A DNA stretch of 64,000 nt from Dehalococcoidia bacterium (GCA_965205495.1 CBDBHA010000002.1:1452738-1516737); one strand, 5' to 3'. Shown: positions 44,775 through 53,575, numbered from the stretch's first letter. Notes: generated by a model from the letters alone, not told the origin. Numbers and translations are program-made.

Positions 44775-46412
44775 TTAGAACTGGGAGCGGCGGGCTTCCA
44801 GGTTGGAGTGGATGTCCAACAGGACGGTGCGGCCTTCCGAGTTGAGTTGGCGAGCGCGTTCCAAAGCCGGAGCGATTTCGCCGGGCTGTGTGACGGTAAT
44901 GCCCACCGCGCCCATACCCTCGGCGATCTTGGCGTAGTCGCCGGTCATGCGGGTGGCGCCGTAAAGCTCGTTGGCTACGGGGTAGCCGCCGGGGTAGGTG
45001 GCCATGCCGCCGTTGTTGAGTACGATGGTGGTGATGGGGGCGCCGGCCCGCACCGAGGTCTCAATGTCCAGGCCGGACATTCCGAACGCGCCGTCGCCCA
45101 TGAAGTTGAGGCAGAACTTGTCCGGTTGGGCCAATTTGGCGCCGATCATCAGGGGGATGCCGTAGCCAAGGTGGGTGGTCTTGCCCCAGCCGATGTAGCT
45201 GTGGGGAATGGTGGCGCGGAAGAAGGGCATGATGGTGTCGCGGGGAGCGCCGGCATCGTGGGTGACGATGGAGTTTTCCTTGTCGATGTTGCGTTCCATC
45301 TCGCCAATGACCCGGTAGGTATTGATGGGAACGTCTTCGGAGTGGAGGATGTCGTGCCACTCGCCCATCCAGGCATCGCGCATGTTGGCAATTTCCTGGG
45401 CGACGGCGGTCTGACCCTTCCGGCCTTTTCCGCCGATTTGAGCCTTGACCTCATCGACCAAGGCGGCGAGGGTGAGTTTAGCGTCACCCGGAAGCCCGAC
45501 GTCCACCGAGAAATCCTTGTTTATGTCCTCGATGGTCTCGACGTTGTGGATGATGACCTTACCGCCTGGGATGGGTTGGCCGTAGCCGGTGCGGGTCATG
45601 CTGGAACCGACGGCAAAGAGAACGTCAGACTCCTGGAGCCAGGTCCGGGCGGGTAAGGAGGTCGAGGCGCTGCCGGAACCGAGGGCCAAGGGGTGGCGTT
45701 CGTCAAAGGAGGACTTGCCGGGCATGGTGCAGTAGACCGGAATCTCGGTCAGTTCGGCCAACTCGGTAAGTTCCGGGGAGGCTTCGGCGAAAAGGACACC
45801 CATACCGGACCAGATTACGGGTTTTTTGGCGTTGAGAAGGAGCGCGGCGGCGTCCTTAACGTCGCTGGGGGCGGGGCCTTGGGGGGCACGCTTGGGGGGC
45901 TGGTAGTTGAGGTCGGCTTCGTTGACCTCCATGGTTCCGACGTCGGCCGGGATTTCAACGATGACCGGGCCTGGGCGGCCGTTGCGGAGGGCGTGGAAGG
46001 CCCGGCGCATGACGGCGGAGACCTGTTGCGGCTGAGTGATGACCTCGCCGCACTTGGAAACGGTGGCGTAGGTGCGGGTGGGGGAGAAGTTGGGTTTCAC
46101 GGCGTATTGGCTGAGGGCGGGGCCGCCGGGGAGGTAGAGGATGGGGATGTTGTCACTGTAAGCCTGGGCCAAGCCGCCCATGGAGTTTTCAGAACCGGGG
46201 CCGCCCTGGGTGATGGTTACGCCAAACTTCTTGCGGTTATGGAGGCGGGAGTAGCCATCGGCGGCCATGAGGGCACCGCGTTCCTGCCGGAACATGATGG
46301 TGCGGATGCCTTCCTTGGCGGCGGCTTCGATGAGTTGATTAGAGGGGAAACAGGAGACCCATTCCACGCCTTCAGTCTTCAAGATTCGGGCGACGGCTTC
46401 CATTACATTCAT
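44775..46412 (-). CDS. ThDP-dependent enzyme, acetolactate synthase-like (paralog 4)
   Basis: Start set to MNVMEAVARIL (ATG 46412). The upstream part of track ORF 44775..46526 is not family-like. The ThDP motif is GDGAFGMSGLDIETSV...NNGG. The start is uncertain (weak RBS). Confidence 0.8.
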   Translation of the reverse strand: MNVMEAVARILKTEGVEWVSCFPSNQLIEAAAKEGIRTIMFRQERGALMAADGYSRLHNRKKFGVTITQGGPGSENSMGGLAQAYSDNIPILYLPGGPALSQYAVKPNFSPTRTYATVSKCGEVITQPQQVSAVMRRAFHALRNGRPGPVIVEIPADVGTMEVNEADLNYQPPKRAPQGPAPSDVKDAAALLLNAKKPVIWSGMGVLFAEASPELTELAELTEIPVYCTMPGKSSFDERHPLALGSGSASTSLPARTWLQESDVLFAVGSSMTRTGYGQPIPGGKVIIHNVETIEDINKDFSVDVGLPGDAKLTLAALVDEVKAQIGGKGRKGQTAVAQEIANMRDAWMGEWHDILHSEDVPINTYRVIGEMERNIDKENSIVTHDAGAPRDTIMPFFRATIPHSYIGWGKTTHLGYGIPLMIGAKLAQPDKFCLNFMGDGAFGMSGLDIETSVRAGAPITTIVLNNGGMATYPGGYPVANELYGATRMTGDYAKIAEGMGAVGITVTQPGEIAPALERARQLNSEGRTVLLDIHSNLEARRSQF

Positions 46413-46674
46413 GGCAAACACCAGCTTTTTTTGGGATTGGGCCGAGGAATTTCCGGGCCTTTCCAAGGAAGGAAGGCGGGGTTCCTCGAACAACGGCATA
46501 CTAACGCCGGAGGCAGGAAAAGGCAAGGTTTAAGAACCTTTGGGGCAGGGCAAACGCGTCTTAAATTTCAACCCGCCATACAAGCCGAAATCGCCGGAAA
46601 ACCCCGATGATTCCCGCGAAAGGAGCAATGCACACTGTCTTGCATCGGCAAATTCGTCCTTGTCCGCGACTTCT

Positions 46675-46730
46675 GGATTCCCGCCTGCGCGGGAAAGACG
46701 GGTGTGCGCGGGAATTGCGGGTGAATGAAC
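46675..46730 (+). repeat. Hairpin repeat family 2, variant (TTCCCGC...GCGGGAA)
   Basis: The sequence is ggaTTCCCGCctgcGCGGGAAagacgggtgtgcgcgggaattgcgggtgaatga. Confidence 0.55.
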
Positions 46731-46824
46731 TTCGGGGCTATATGACGCGATTGCCCTGCTCTCCTGGGGTGGCATTGCTGGATTTGGGCGGGCGTCTGCC
46801 GGCGGTTCGGCGGGCCCGGGTTCG

Positions 46825-46880
46825 GAAATTTTTGAATGCTGGGGCTTTCCGGGACATTGTGGGACGTTTGCTTCTTCGGG
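46825..46880 (+). repeat. Phased GGGAC triplet element, copy B1
   Basis: The sequence is gaaatttttgaatgctGGGGCtttccGGGACattgtGGGACgtttg, with 10-bp phasing. Confidence 0.6.
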
Positions 46881-46950
46881 AGGGTCTTGGTTTTGGATTT
46901 TGTGTTGGTTGAGCCGCGTGGGTCTGGGGGAAAATTGGGGGAATGTCTCA

Positions 46951-47005
46951 AGATTTTTGCCTTTTTATGGAGTTTTGGGGCATTTCGGTTTGGGAAGGTC
47001 CCGTG
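46951..47005 (+). repeat. Phased GGG(G/A)C element, degenerate copy B2
   Basis: The sequence is agatttttgcctttttatggagttttGGGGCatttcggtttGGGAAggtc. Confidence 0.35.
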
Positions 47006-47039
47006 GCTGGATTCTTGGGCCGCAATCGGGCGTTGGGTT

Positions 47040-47108
47040 ATGTCCGGTAGATATTATGGTAGAGAGTCGTCACCGGAACTGGCAAGGGGGAAATGTCAGT
47101 GGTTTTCT
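47040..47108. repeat. Conserved ~50-nt element, copy B (core 47054..47102)
   Basis: The core is ttatggtagagagtcgtcaccggaactggcaagggggaaatgtcagtgg, matching copy A at 47/49 by eye. No intact small ORF accompanies this copy. Confidence 0.8.
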
Positions 47109-47261
47109 TTGGCGGGGCGGTTGGTTTTGAGAGCCGGTGGGCTTGGGATGGCCGCATCGGGGGACCTTAGAAGTAGCTTGACATGAAGGGGATGGGCGGT
47201 CTGGGCCTTTTATATGGGGAGCTGGCGGCGACTAGTCCGGGGCAAACGGGCTGGCGGCGGT

Positions 47262-47340
47262 GGATTTTAGATTCCTCCCTACGGTTCGGAATGACAGGTG
47301 GGGGGGTTCGGAATGACAGGTGGGGGGGTTCGGGATAACC
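47262..47340 (+). repeat. Hairpin repeat family 2 with internal tandem duplication
   Basis: The sequence is ggattttagATTCCtccctacggttcGGAATgacaggtgggggg, followed by a second gttcggaatgacaggtgggggg unit. Confidence 0.7.
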
Positions 47341-47437
47341 CCTTGCCTCTGAACAGTTACGGGCGGCGGAGTTTGGTTGTAAGTAGGTGGGGTGTCTGCT
47401 ACGCTAAGGTCCACTTACCGGCGTCCGCGAGGTCCTT

Positions 47438-48181
47438 TTGGCGCAGTCCCAAGGCCTTAAAGCATCCCTATTTGTCACCTGCATCATCGACCAGCTTTAC
47501 CCTGAAGTTGGGGTTAGCGTGGTGCGGGTATTACGGCGGTTGGGGGTGGAGGTGGACTTTCCCAGGGAGCAGGCCTGCTGCGGCCAACCGCTGTTCAACT
47601 CGGGGTTTGCTTCCCTGGCGAAACCCCTGGCGAAGAACGTAGTCAAGACTTTTCGAGATAGTCCTTTCATTGTGGTGCCCTCGGGGTCGTGCGCGGCCAT
47701 GATACGGGTGTTTTACCAGGAACTTTTGGACGATGACCCTGGGTTGTTAACGGAGGTCCAGAAGTTGGGCAAGCGGGTCTATGAGTTCTCGGAGTTTCTG
47801 ACCCAAGTCCTGGAGGTGGACGATCTTGGAGCGGGTGCTCGGGGGAAAGCTACGTACCATCCAAGTTGCCACTTGTTGCGGGAGTTGGGGGTTAAAGAGG
47901 GGCCGGTGGAGCTGCTGGCCGAGGTGAAGGGGTTGGAATTGGTGGACCTGCCGGAGCGGGAGACGTGCTGCGGGTTTGGGGGGGCGTTTTCGGTGAAGTA
48001 CCCCCACATATCGGAGGCGATGCTGGCGGAGAAGGTGCAGAATGTGGCCGCCACCGGGGCCGACACTTTGATTTCCTGCGACATGGGTTGCCTGATGCAC
48101 ATAGGCGGTGGGTTGAGCCGTCAGCAGCAGCCGGTGGCGGTTAAACACCTGGCGCAGGTATTGGACCGGGAGGGGGAGTAG
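47438..48181 (+). CDS. lutA: Lactate utilization protein A (Fe-S oxidoreductase, two CCG domains)
   Basis: TTG start. LFVTCIIDQ, CCGQP, PSGSCA and CCGFGG motifs. It precedes lutB and lutC. Confidence 0.85.
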   Translation: MAQSQGLKASLFVTCIIDQLYPEVGVSVVRVLRRLGVEVDFPREQACCGQPLFNSGFASLAKPLAKNVVKTFRDSPFIVVPSGSCAAMIRVFYQELLDDDPGLLTEVQKLGKRVYEFSEFLTQVLEVDDLGAGARGKATYHPSCHLLRELGVKEGPVELLAEVKGLELVDLPERETCCGFGGAFSVKYPHISEAMLAEKVQNVAATGADTLISCDMGCLMHIGGGLSRQQQPVAVKHLAQVLDREGE

Positions 48182-49641
48182 TGCCGAGAATCCAGACCCG
48201 GCGGTTCGTTCCGGCGTCGGAAGTTTCGATTCGGGACCCGCAACTGCGGCAGGCATTGCGGAGGGTGGGGAGCGGGTTTGACGGCGCGCGGCGGGAGGCC
48301 ATTGAAGAGGTAACGCCGGAAGCGTGGGAGGAGTGGCGGGAGCAGGCGCGGCAAATCAAAGACCACACCCTGGCCAACCTGGACCACTATCTGGACCTGC
48401 TGCACGATAAAGTCACCGAGAACGGGGGGCAGGTGCACTTTGCCCGGGACGCGGAGCAGGCCAACGCCATTGTGGCGGACCTGGTGGAGAGCCGGGGGGT
48501 CAAGGTGGTTACCAAGGGCAAGTCCATGGTGTCGGAAGAGTTGGACCTGAACCACGTATTGGAAGGAGCCGGGGTCGAGGTCTACGAAACGGACCTGGGG
48601 GAATACATCATCCAACTGGCTGGGGAAACTCCTTCGCACCTGGTAGCGCCCGCACTGCACAAAACCAAGGAGCAGGTGGGGCAGCTATTCGCCGAAAAGC
48701 TAGGGGTTCCGATAACCGACGATATTGAGGAGATGGCGCGGGTGGCGCGGACGGCGCTGCGGCAGAAGTTCTTGCAGGCGGACCTGGGAGTCAGCGGGGC
48801 CAACTTCTTGGTTGCGGAGACGGGGACGCTGGTGATCATCACCAACGAGGGGAACGGGCGGCTGTGCACTTCGGCGCCGCGGATTCACGTGGGAATCGCG
48901 GGGATGGAGAAGTTGATTCCCTCCTTGCAAGACTTGGCGTTGTTTTTGCGTTTGCTGCCCCGGTCGGCCACCGGACAGCGATTTACCAGCTACGTCAGCA
49001 TGGTCAGCGGGCCGAGGGGGGAGGATGACGAGGACGGGCCGGAGGAGTTCCACCTGGTCATCGTCGATAACGGACGGTCGAAGATCTTGGCCGACCCGAA
49101 ACTGCGGGAGGCGTTGAACTGCATCCGTTGCGGCGCTTGTTTGAACATTTGCCCGGTGTACCAGAAGGTTGGGGGGCACGCCTACGGGTGGGTGTACCCG
49201 GGGCCGATTGGGGCCATCGTCACGCCGAGCTTGGTGGGACTGAAGGAGGCCAAGGACCTGCCATTTGCTTCCAGCCTGTGCGGGGCCTGCCGGGACGTCT
49301 GCCCGGTGAAGATAAACATTCCCCGGATGCTGCTGCACCTGCGGGGGAAGCTGGCGGAGAGTCCCGACCCGGAGGTTAGGGCTGTGCCGGTTCAGGAACG
49401 GGTGATGGCGCAGGGGTTGGCCAAGGCGTTGGGGAACCCGGGTTGGTTGTCGGTGGCGGGTAAGGCGCTGCGGACGCTGCAAAGGGCCTTCGGCCGAAGC
49501 GGAGGACTGGGGGCGTTGCCGCTGGGCCCGCTGTCGGGTTGGACTCGTTCCCGAGACTTGCCCGAGGCACCGAAACGGACCTTTAGGGATGTCTGGGACG
49601 CGGAGTTATCCGGGGCAGAGGGGAAGGATGACGGGGAATAG
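48181..49641 (+). CDS. lutB: Lactate utilization protein B (4Fe-4S, LUD domain)
   Basis: CIRCGACLNICPVY and CGACRDVCPV ferredoxin-type motifs. 486 aa. The start overlaps the lutA stop. Confidence 0.9.
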   Translation: MPRIQTRRFVPASEVSIRDPQLRQALRRVGSGFDGARREAIEEVTPEAWEEWREQARQIKDHTLANLDHYLDLLHDKVTENGGQVHFARDAEQANAIVADLVESRGVKVVTKGKSMVSEELDLNHVLEGAGVEVYETDLGEYIIQLAGETPSHLVAPALHKTKEQVGQLFAEKLGVPITDDIEEMARVARTALRQKFLQADLGVSGANFLVAETGTLVIITNEGNGRLCTSAPRIHVGIAGMEKLIPSLQDLALFLRLLPRSATGQRFTSYVSMVSGPRGEDDEDGPEEFHLVIVDNGRSKILADPKLREALNCIRCGACLNICPVYQKVGGHAYGWVYPGPIGAIVTPSLVGLKEAKDLPFASSLCGACRDVCPVKINIPRMLLHLRGKLAESPDPEVRAVPVQERVMAQGLAKALGNPGWLSVAGKALRTLQRAFGRSGGLGALPLGPLSGWTRSRDLPEAPKRTFRDVWDAELSGAEGKDDGE

Positions 49642-50383
49642 GGCCGGCCTGGGGGTTGCCAAGGAAGAGTTCCTGGCGCAAGTACGGAACGCACTGGGGA
49701 AGCGCGCGGCGGAGAGTCCGTCGCGGCCTTACCCGCGGTTGGAAGAAGACGCCGACCAATTAGGGCAGCAGGCACTGGAAGTGTGGCGGCGAATTGAGGA
49801 GAACCGGGCGGGCCTGTTGGACCGGCTGGCGGATACAGCGGCGTTGCGGGGTTGGAACGTCCACCGGGTTGGGAACGGGGAAGAAGCGGTGGGACGCATC
49901 GTTGCGATAGTTACCGAGGCCGGGGTACGGAGGGTGGCAAGGTCGGCGCAGGAAGTGTTTGAGGACGTACCGGTACATCGAGCGTTGGCGGAAGCCGGGG
50001 TCAACGTGGCGACGGCGGCAAAAGGGGAAAGCCGGGGCCGGGAAGAGGTACGAGAGGAGATAATCGCGGCCGGGTTGGGGATTACCGGCGCCGACTACGC
50101 GGTGGCGGAAACCGGGTCGGTGGTGGTGGTACCGCGGGCGGGACTGAGCCGCTTGGTATCGTTGGTGCCGCCGGTGCATGTGGCGGTGGTGCGGCCCGGA
50201 GACGTGGTGGAAAGCCTGGACGACGTTTTTCTGCTGCGGCGGCTGGAGTACCACCGGAACGGAGGGGACATGGGGAGCTACCTAAACTTCATAACCGGTC
50301 CCAGCCGGACGGCGGACATTGAGCAGACGCTGGTGGTGGGGGTACACGGCCCCCGGGAAGTCCACATGGTGTTGCTTGGATAA
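49628..50383 (+). CDS. lutC: Lactate utilization protein C (LUD/DUF162 domain)
   Basis: Start set to ATG 49628, overlapping the lutB end by 14 nt. C-terminal SRTADIE motif of the LUD domain. Confidence 0.8.
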   Translation: MTGNRAGLGVAKEEFLAQVRNALGKRAAESPSRPYPRLEEDADQLGQQALEVWRRIEENRAGLLDRLADTAALRGWNVHRVGNGEEAVGRIVAIVTEAGVRRVARSAQEVFEDVPVHRALAEAGVNVATAAKGESRGREEVREEIIAAGLGITGADYAVAETGSVVVVPRAGLSRLVSLVPPVHVAVVRPGDVVESLDDVFLLRRLEYHRNGGDMGSYLNFITGPSRTADIEQTLVVGVHGPREVHMVLLG

Positions 50384-50392
50384 GGGAGCGAG

Positions 50393-50746
50393 ATGCCAGT
50401 AAGAATCGGGTTTACCCAGTTCCGGCGGCAGATGCTGGAGAAGGAACTGGAGGCCATTGAAGGGTTGCTGCCGACGTTGGGAGTGGAGAAGGTGATCCTG
50501 ACGGGGGACATGATAACGGGCGACTACACGCCGGAAAGCCGGATCGACCTGATAGTAGTCCACGACACCGACCGGCCGTTTGGGCGGCGGGCGGACTTTT
50601 TCTCGTTTCACCTGGGCAGTTCGGTGGACGTGGATACGTTGGTATACACTCCAGAGGAGTTTGAACGGCTGCGGGAAGAACTGCCCGCGCTGCGGAATGC
50701 CTGTAAGAAAGGACGCGTAATATACGATGCAGGACCGAATAACTGA
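50393..50746 (+). CDS. Minimal nucleotidyltransferase (MNT) domain protein, HEPN partner
   Basis: AAGGGAG RBS. NTase-fold pattern [23 protein letters not shown] ... [13 protein letters not shown]. It overlaps the HEPN ORF by 20 nt. Confidence 0.75.
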   Translation: MPVRIGFTQFRRQMLEKELEAIEGLLPTLGVEKVILTGDMITGDYTPESRIDLIVVHDTDRPFGRRADFFSFHLGSSVDVDTLVYTPEEFERLREELPALRNACKKGRVIYDAGPNN

Positions 50747-51128
50747 AGGAGCCCGCTGGCTGCGGCAAGCGGTGCAAGACCTGGAGGACGCCGAGTTCAT
50801 CCGGGAGGGAGGCCGGTACAATATCGCCTGTTTCATGGGACAACAGGCGGCCGAGAAAGCGTTAAAAGCGTTCCTGTACCACCGGGGATCGGAGGACGTT
50901 TGGGGGCACTCGTTGATTGACCTGTGCGAAGACGCCAAGATATTTGAGATGTTCTTCGACACGGTGAAGAGCGAGGCGCGGCAGTTGGACAAGTACCTTT
51001 ACATCACGCGATACCCGGAGTATTTGCCGGGGGGGATACCTTCGGAAGCCTTTGACCGGGTGGACGCGGACCGAGCGATTGAGTTGTCGCAGACGGTGGT
51101 GGAGTTTGTGAGGGAGCGGCTGGGGTAG
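50727..51128 (+). CDS. HEPN domain protein
   Basis: 133 aa. HEPN (PF05168-like) pattern A-x-DL-x-A ... AEKALKA ... H-x-L ... YITRYP. Confidence 0.75.
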   Translation: MQDRITEGARWLRQAVQDLEDAEFIREGGRYNIACFMGQQAAEKALKAFLYHRGSEDVWGHSLIDLCEDAKIFEMFFDTVKSEARQLDKYLYITRYPEYLPGGIPSEAFDRVDADRAIELSQTVVEFVRERLG

Positions 51129-51152
51129 GGTGGCTGGGAAGGCGCTCTCGAT

Positions 51153-51187
51153 GATCCTTTGACAAGCTAAGGACGAACGGGTTTGGT
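51153..51187 (+). repeat. Hairpin repeat family 1, single unit
   Basis: The sequence is gatcctttgacaagctaaggacgaacgggtttgg. Confidence 0.6.
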
Positions 51188-51188
51188 T

Positions 51189-51218
51189 GGGGCGGGCCGA
51201 TGGGTCCGCCCCTTTTTG
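51189..51218 (+). terminator. Intrinsic terminator after the HEPN gene
   Basis: GGGGCGG-gccgatgggt-CCGCCCC-TTTTTG. Confidence 0.75.
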
Positions 51219-51229
51219 TTGGGGCGGGG

Positions 51230-51685
51230 TTAGAGCATTCCTTCCATGGCGAGACGGCGAATTTCCTGGTGGCGGTAGGCGAAGATTTTCTTGAGGTCGG
51301 GTTCCACCAGGAATTTCTTGACAAATGGGCCGCCGTGGACGGCGTATTCGATGTAGTCTTCAACCAGGGTGCCACCGTTGCGTTCGTGGAAGGTATGGCG
51401 GTGGCGCCAGAGGCGGTAGGGACCGCGGAGCTGTTCATCGACGAACAAGGTTGGGGGCTGCCAGAGGGTTATTTGGCTGCGCCAGCGGACCGGGATGCAG
51501 TGGAGTTTCAGTTTGTAGTCGATGGTTGTTCCCTGGCGCATGTCGAGGGGTGGGGGAGTCACCACGCGGAAGTTAAGGAAGGGCGGAGTTACGCGTTCCA
51601 GGTTAAAGGGGTCGGCGAAAAAGGGAAAGACCTGGTCCGGGGGGACGGGGAACCATTGTTCGTCTTCGAAAAGCCAGGTCTTCAA
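51230..51685 (-). CDS. SRPBCC-superfamily (cyclase/dehydrase-like) protein
   Basis: 151 aa. The pattern FPFFADPFNLERVTPP ... LWRHRHTF matches the SRPBCC family I recall as COG4276-type. Confidence 0.7.
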   Translation of the reverse strand: MKTWLFEDEQWFPVPPDQVFPFFADPFNLERVTPPFLNFRVVTPPPLDMRQGTTIDYKLKLHCIPVRWRSQITLWQPPTLFVDEQLRGPYRLWRHRHTFHERNGGTLVEDYIEYAVHGGPFVKKFLVEPDLKKIFAYRHQEIRRLAMEGML

Positions 51686-51700
51686 GGGCGGGGCTCCAAG

Positions 51701-52852
51701 TTACGGGTGGCCGGTCAGGTTGACGGGGGAGTTGAGGAGGCGAACGGTGCGCTCGGCGGCGCTTTCCAGCAGATCAGCGGTACGGGCGAGGCTGCGTTCG
51801 AAGCTCATGGGACGGTCGGCGATACAGACCAGGCCAGCGATGTCGTGGTCGTAGAGTTTTCCGGAACCGGGACCGATACTGCCGGCGAGGATGATGGTGG
51901 GGACTCCCTGAGCCCGAGCGCGGCGGGCGACACCCACCGGGGCTTTGTCGTAGATGGTGGACTCGTCGGCGCGGCCTTCGCCGGTGATGACCAGGTCAGC
52001 GCCCTGGAGATGGCGGTCGAATTCGAGGACCTGGCAGACCATATCGATACCGGAGCGGAGGTCGGCGCCGGTGAAGGCGATGAGGCCAGCGCCGAGGCCG
52101 CCGGCGGCTCCGGCGCCCTGGCGGTCGAGGACGTCGACGCCCAAGTCTTGTTTAACGACGCGGGCGAAGTTGGCGAGGGCTGCATCGAGTTCGGCGACGA
52201 CGCGGGGGGAGGCGCCTTTTTGGGGGCCGAAGACGGCGGATGCGCCGGTGGGGCCGCAGAGGGGGTTGGTGACGTCGGTGGCGCCGATGATGGTGGCCGT
52301 AGCCAGGTTGGGGTCGATGGTGGAGCGGTCGATGGCCGCGAGGCGGGAGAGGGCCGCGCCGCCGGGGGGGAGGGGTTGGCTGGCCTGGTCGAGGAAACGG
52401 ACACCGAGGGCGGCGGCCATGCCGGAGCCGGCGTCGTTGGTGGCGCTGCCGCCGAGGCCGACAATGATGCGGGTGTAGCCGAGGTCGAGGGCTTCCTTGA
52501 TGATTTCGCCGGTGCCGCGGGTGGTGGCGGCGCGGGGATTGCGGCGTTTGGGAGGGACGAGGGCGAGGCCGGAGGCGCGGGCCATTTCGACCACGGCGGT
52601 TATGCCGTCGCCCATGATGCCCCAGAAGGCTTCGACGGCCTGACCCAGGGGGCCGGTAACGATGCTGCGGCGCATTTCGCCGCCGGTGGTGTTGACCAAG
52701 GCTTCCAGGGTGCCGTCGCCGCCGTCGGCCACTGGAACGAGGACGGTTTCAGCGTTGGGGGCAGCGCAGAGGACGCCGCGTTGGATGGCCTCGGCGGCTT
52801 GCAGGGCGTGGAGGCTGCCTTTGAAACTCTGGGGGGCGATTACGATTTTCAT
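51701..52852 (-). CDS. Glycerate kinase
   Basis: MKIVIAPQSFKGSL N-terminus, PVADGGDGT, and a C-terminal ITGEGR motif. Confidence 0.9.
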   Translation of the reverse strand: MKIVIAPQSFKGSLHALQAAEAIQRGVLCAAPNAETVLVPVADGGDGTLEALVNTTGGEMRRSIVTGPLGQAVEAFWGIMGDGITAVVEMARASGLALVPPKRRNPRAATTRGTGEIIKEALDLGYTRIIVGLGGSATNDAGSGMAAALGVRFLDQASQPLPPGGAALSRLAAIDRSTIDPNLATATIIGATDVTNPLCGPTGASAVFGPQKGASPRVVAELDAALANFARVVKQDLGVDVLDRQGAGAAGGLGAGLIAFTGADLRSGIDMVCQVLEFDRHLQGADLVITGEGRADESTIYDKAPVGVARRARAQGVPTIILAGSIGPGSGKLYDHDIAGLVCIADRPMSFERSLARTADLLESAAERTVRLLNSPVNLTGHP

Positions 52853-52895
52853 GGCTCCAGAAGGTGATTATACACCGGAGGATTGGGTGGGGGTT

Positions 52896-53052
52896 TATGC
52901 GACCGTCCGTTGGCCTTTCAACGGAGTTCAGGATGATCCTTCAACAGGCTCAGGACGAGCGGACCTGGGTGTTTAGTGCGGGGGACCGTCCGTTGGCCCT
53001 TCGACAAGCTCAGGACGATCCTTCGACGGGGCTCAGGACGAGCGGACTGAGG
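52896..53052 (+). repeat. Hairpin repeat family 1, array of about 3 units
   Basis: Repeated gaccGTCCGTTggcc(c/t)ttc(g/a)ac(g/a)...gctcaggacga(a/g)cGGAC units. Each unit contains a GTCCGTT...AACGGAC-type inverted repeat. Confidence 0.75.
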
Positions 53053-53063
53053 GTAGGGTGCGG

Positions 53064-53125
53064 GAGATTTTTAAGGTGTTGGGACTTTTGGGGACATCCT
53101 GGGACATTGTTCGGGTTGGGTGGGG
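53064..53125 (+). repeat. Phased GGGAC triplet element, copy C1
   Basis: The sequence is gagatttttaaggtgttGGGACttttgGGGACatcctGGGACattgttcgg, with exact 10-bp phasing. It abuts the stop of small ORF C. Confidence 0.65.
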
Positions 53126-53446
53126 TTAGGAGAAACAGGGGGATTGACGCCAGGGCAGTAGGGCGTCTAGGAGCAACTTGTGGTCGGGCTCCTTTTTGCG
53201 GCGGCGGCAGTAGTCCAGGTAGCCGAAGGCGCCGGTGAAGGAGAGGTAGTGGAAGCCGGAGTCGGCCACCTTTCGGATGAAGTTGTGGGGGTCGGGGAGG
53301 GGCTTGTTCTGAGATTGGGCGTCGGCCCATTCCTCGCAGAGTTGGTTTGCCTCACGGCCGACGAAATACTCGGTGTAGGGGCGGTGGAGTTTGCGTTTCA
53401 GGGCGCGGACTCGGTTGGCTAGGCTGGAGAGACTGGTTGATCCCAT
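53126..53446 (-). CDS. Hypothetical 106-aa protein, paralog of 14580..14894
   Basis: GGAGGAA lies about 12 nt before the ATG. It is about one-third identical by eye to the 104-aa ORF at 14580..14894 and has the same position and orientation relative to the conserved ~50-nt element. Confidence 0.6.
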   Translation of the reverse strand: MGSTSLSSLANRVRALKRKLHRPYTEYFVGREANQLCEEWADAQSQNKPLPDPHNFIRKVADSGFHYLSFTGAFGYLDYCRRRKKEPDHKLLLDALLPWRQSPCFS

Positions 53447-53510
53447 GATTTTGGAAGTTCCTCCGGGTTTTGGATTAAGGTTTTATAGGGGTTTGGATGG
53501 ATGGGACAGG

Positions 53511-53575
53511 TGATATTTGTTTGATGCTGGGACATTTTGGGGCTTTTTAGGACATGGGGTTGGTTGTCTGGGCCA
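53511..53575 (+). repeat. Phased GGGAC element, copy C2
   Basis: The sequence is tgatatttgtttgatgctGGGACattttGGGGCtttttaGGACAtgggg. It lies between small ORF C and conserved element C. Confidence 0.55.

Noticed and set aside
46530-46775. 81-aa minus-strand ORF in island B, with faint resemblance (EFADARQ...SGF...FG-Y) to the 104/106-aa paralogs.
   Set aside because: - The similarity is short and requires a 9-aa deletion.
- The N-terminal half does not match.
- The DNA is largely a family-2-type hairpin repeat (ggattcccgcctgcgcgggaa...).
- It is at best a decayed remnant and was not called as a gene or pseudogene.
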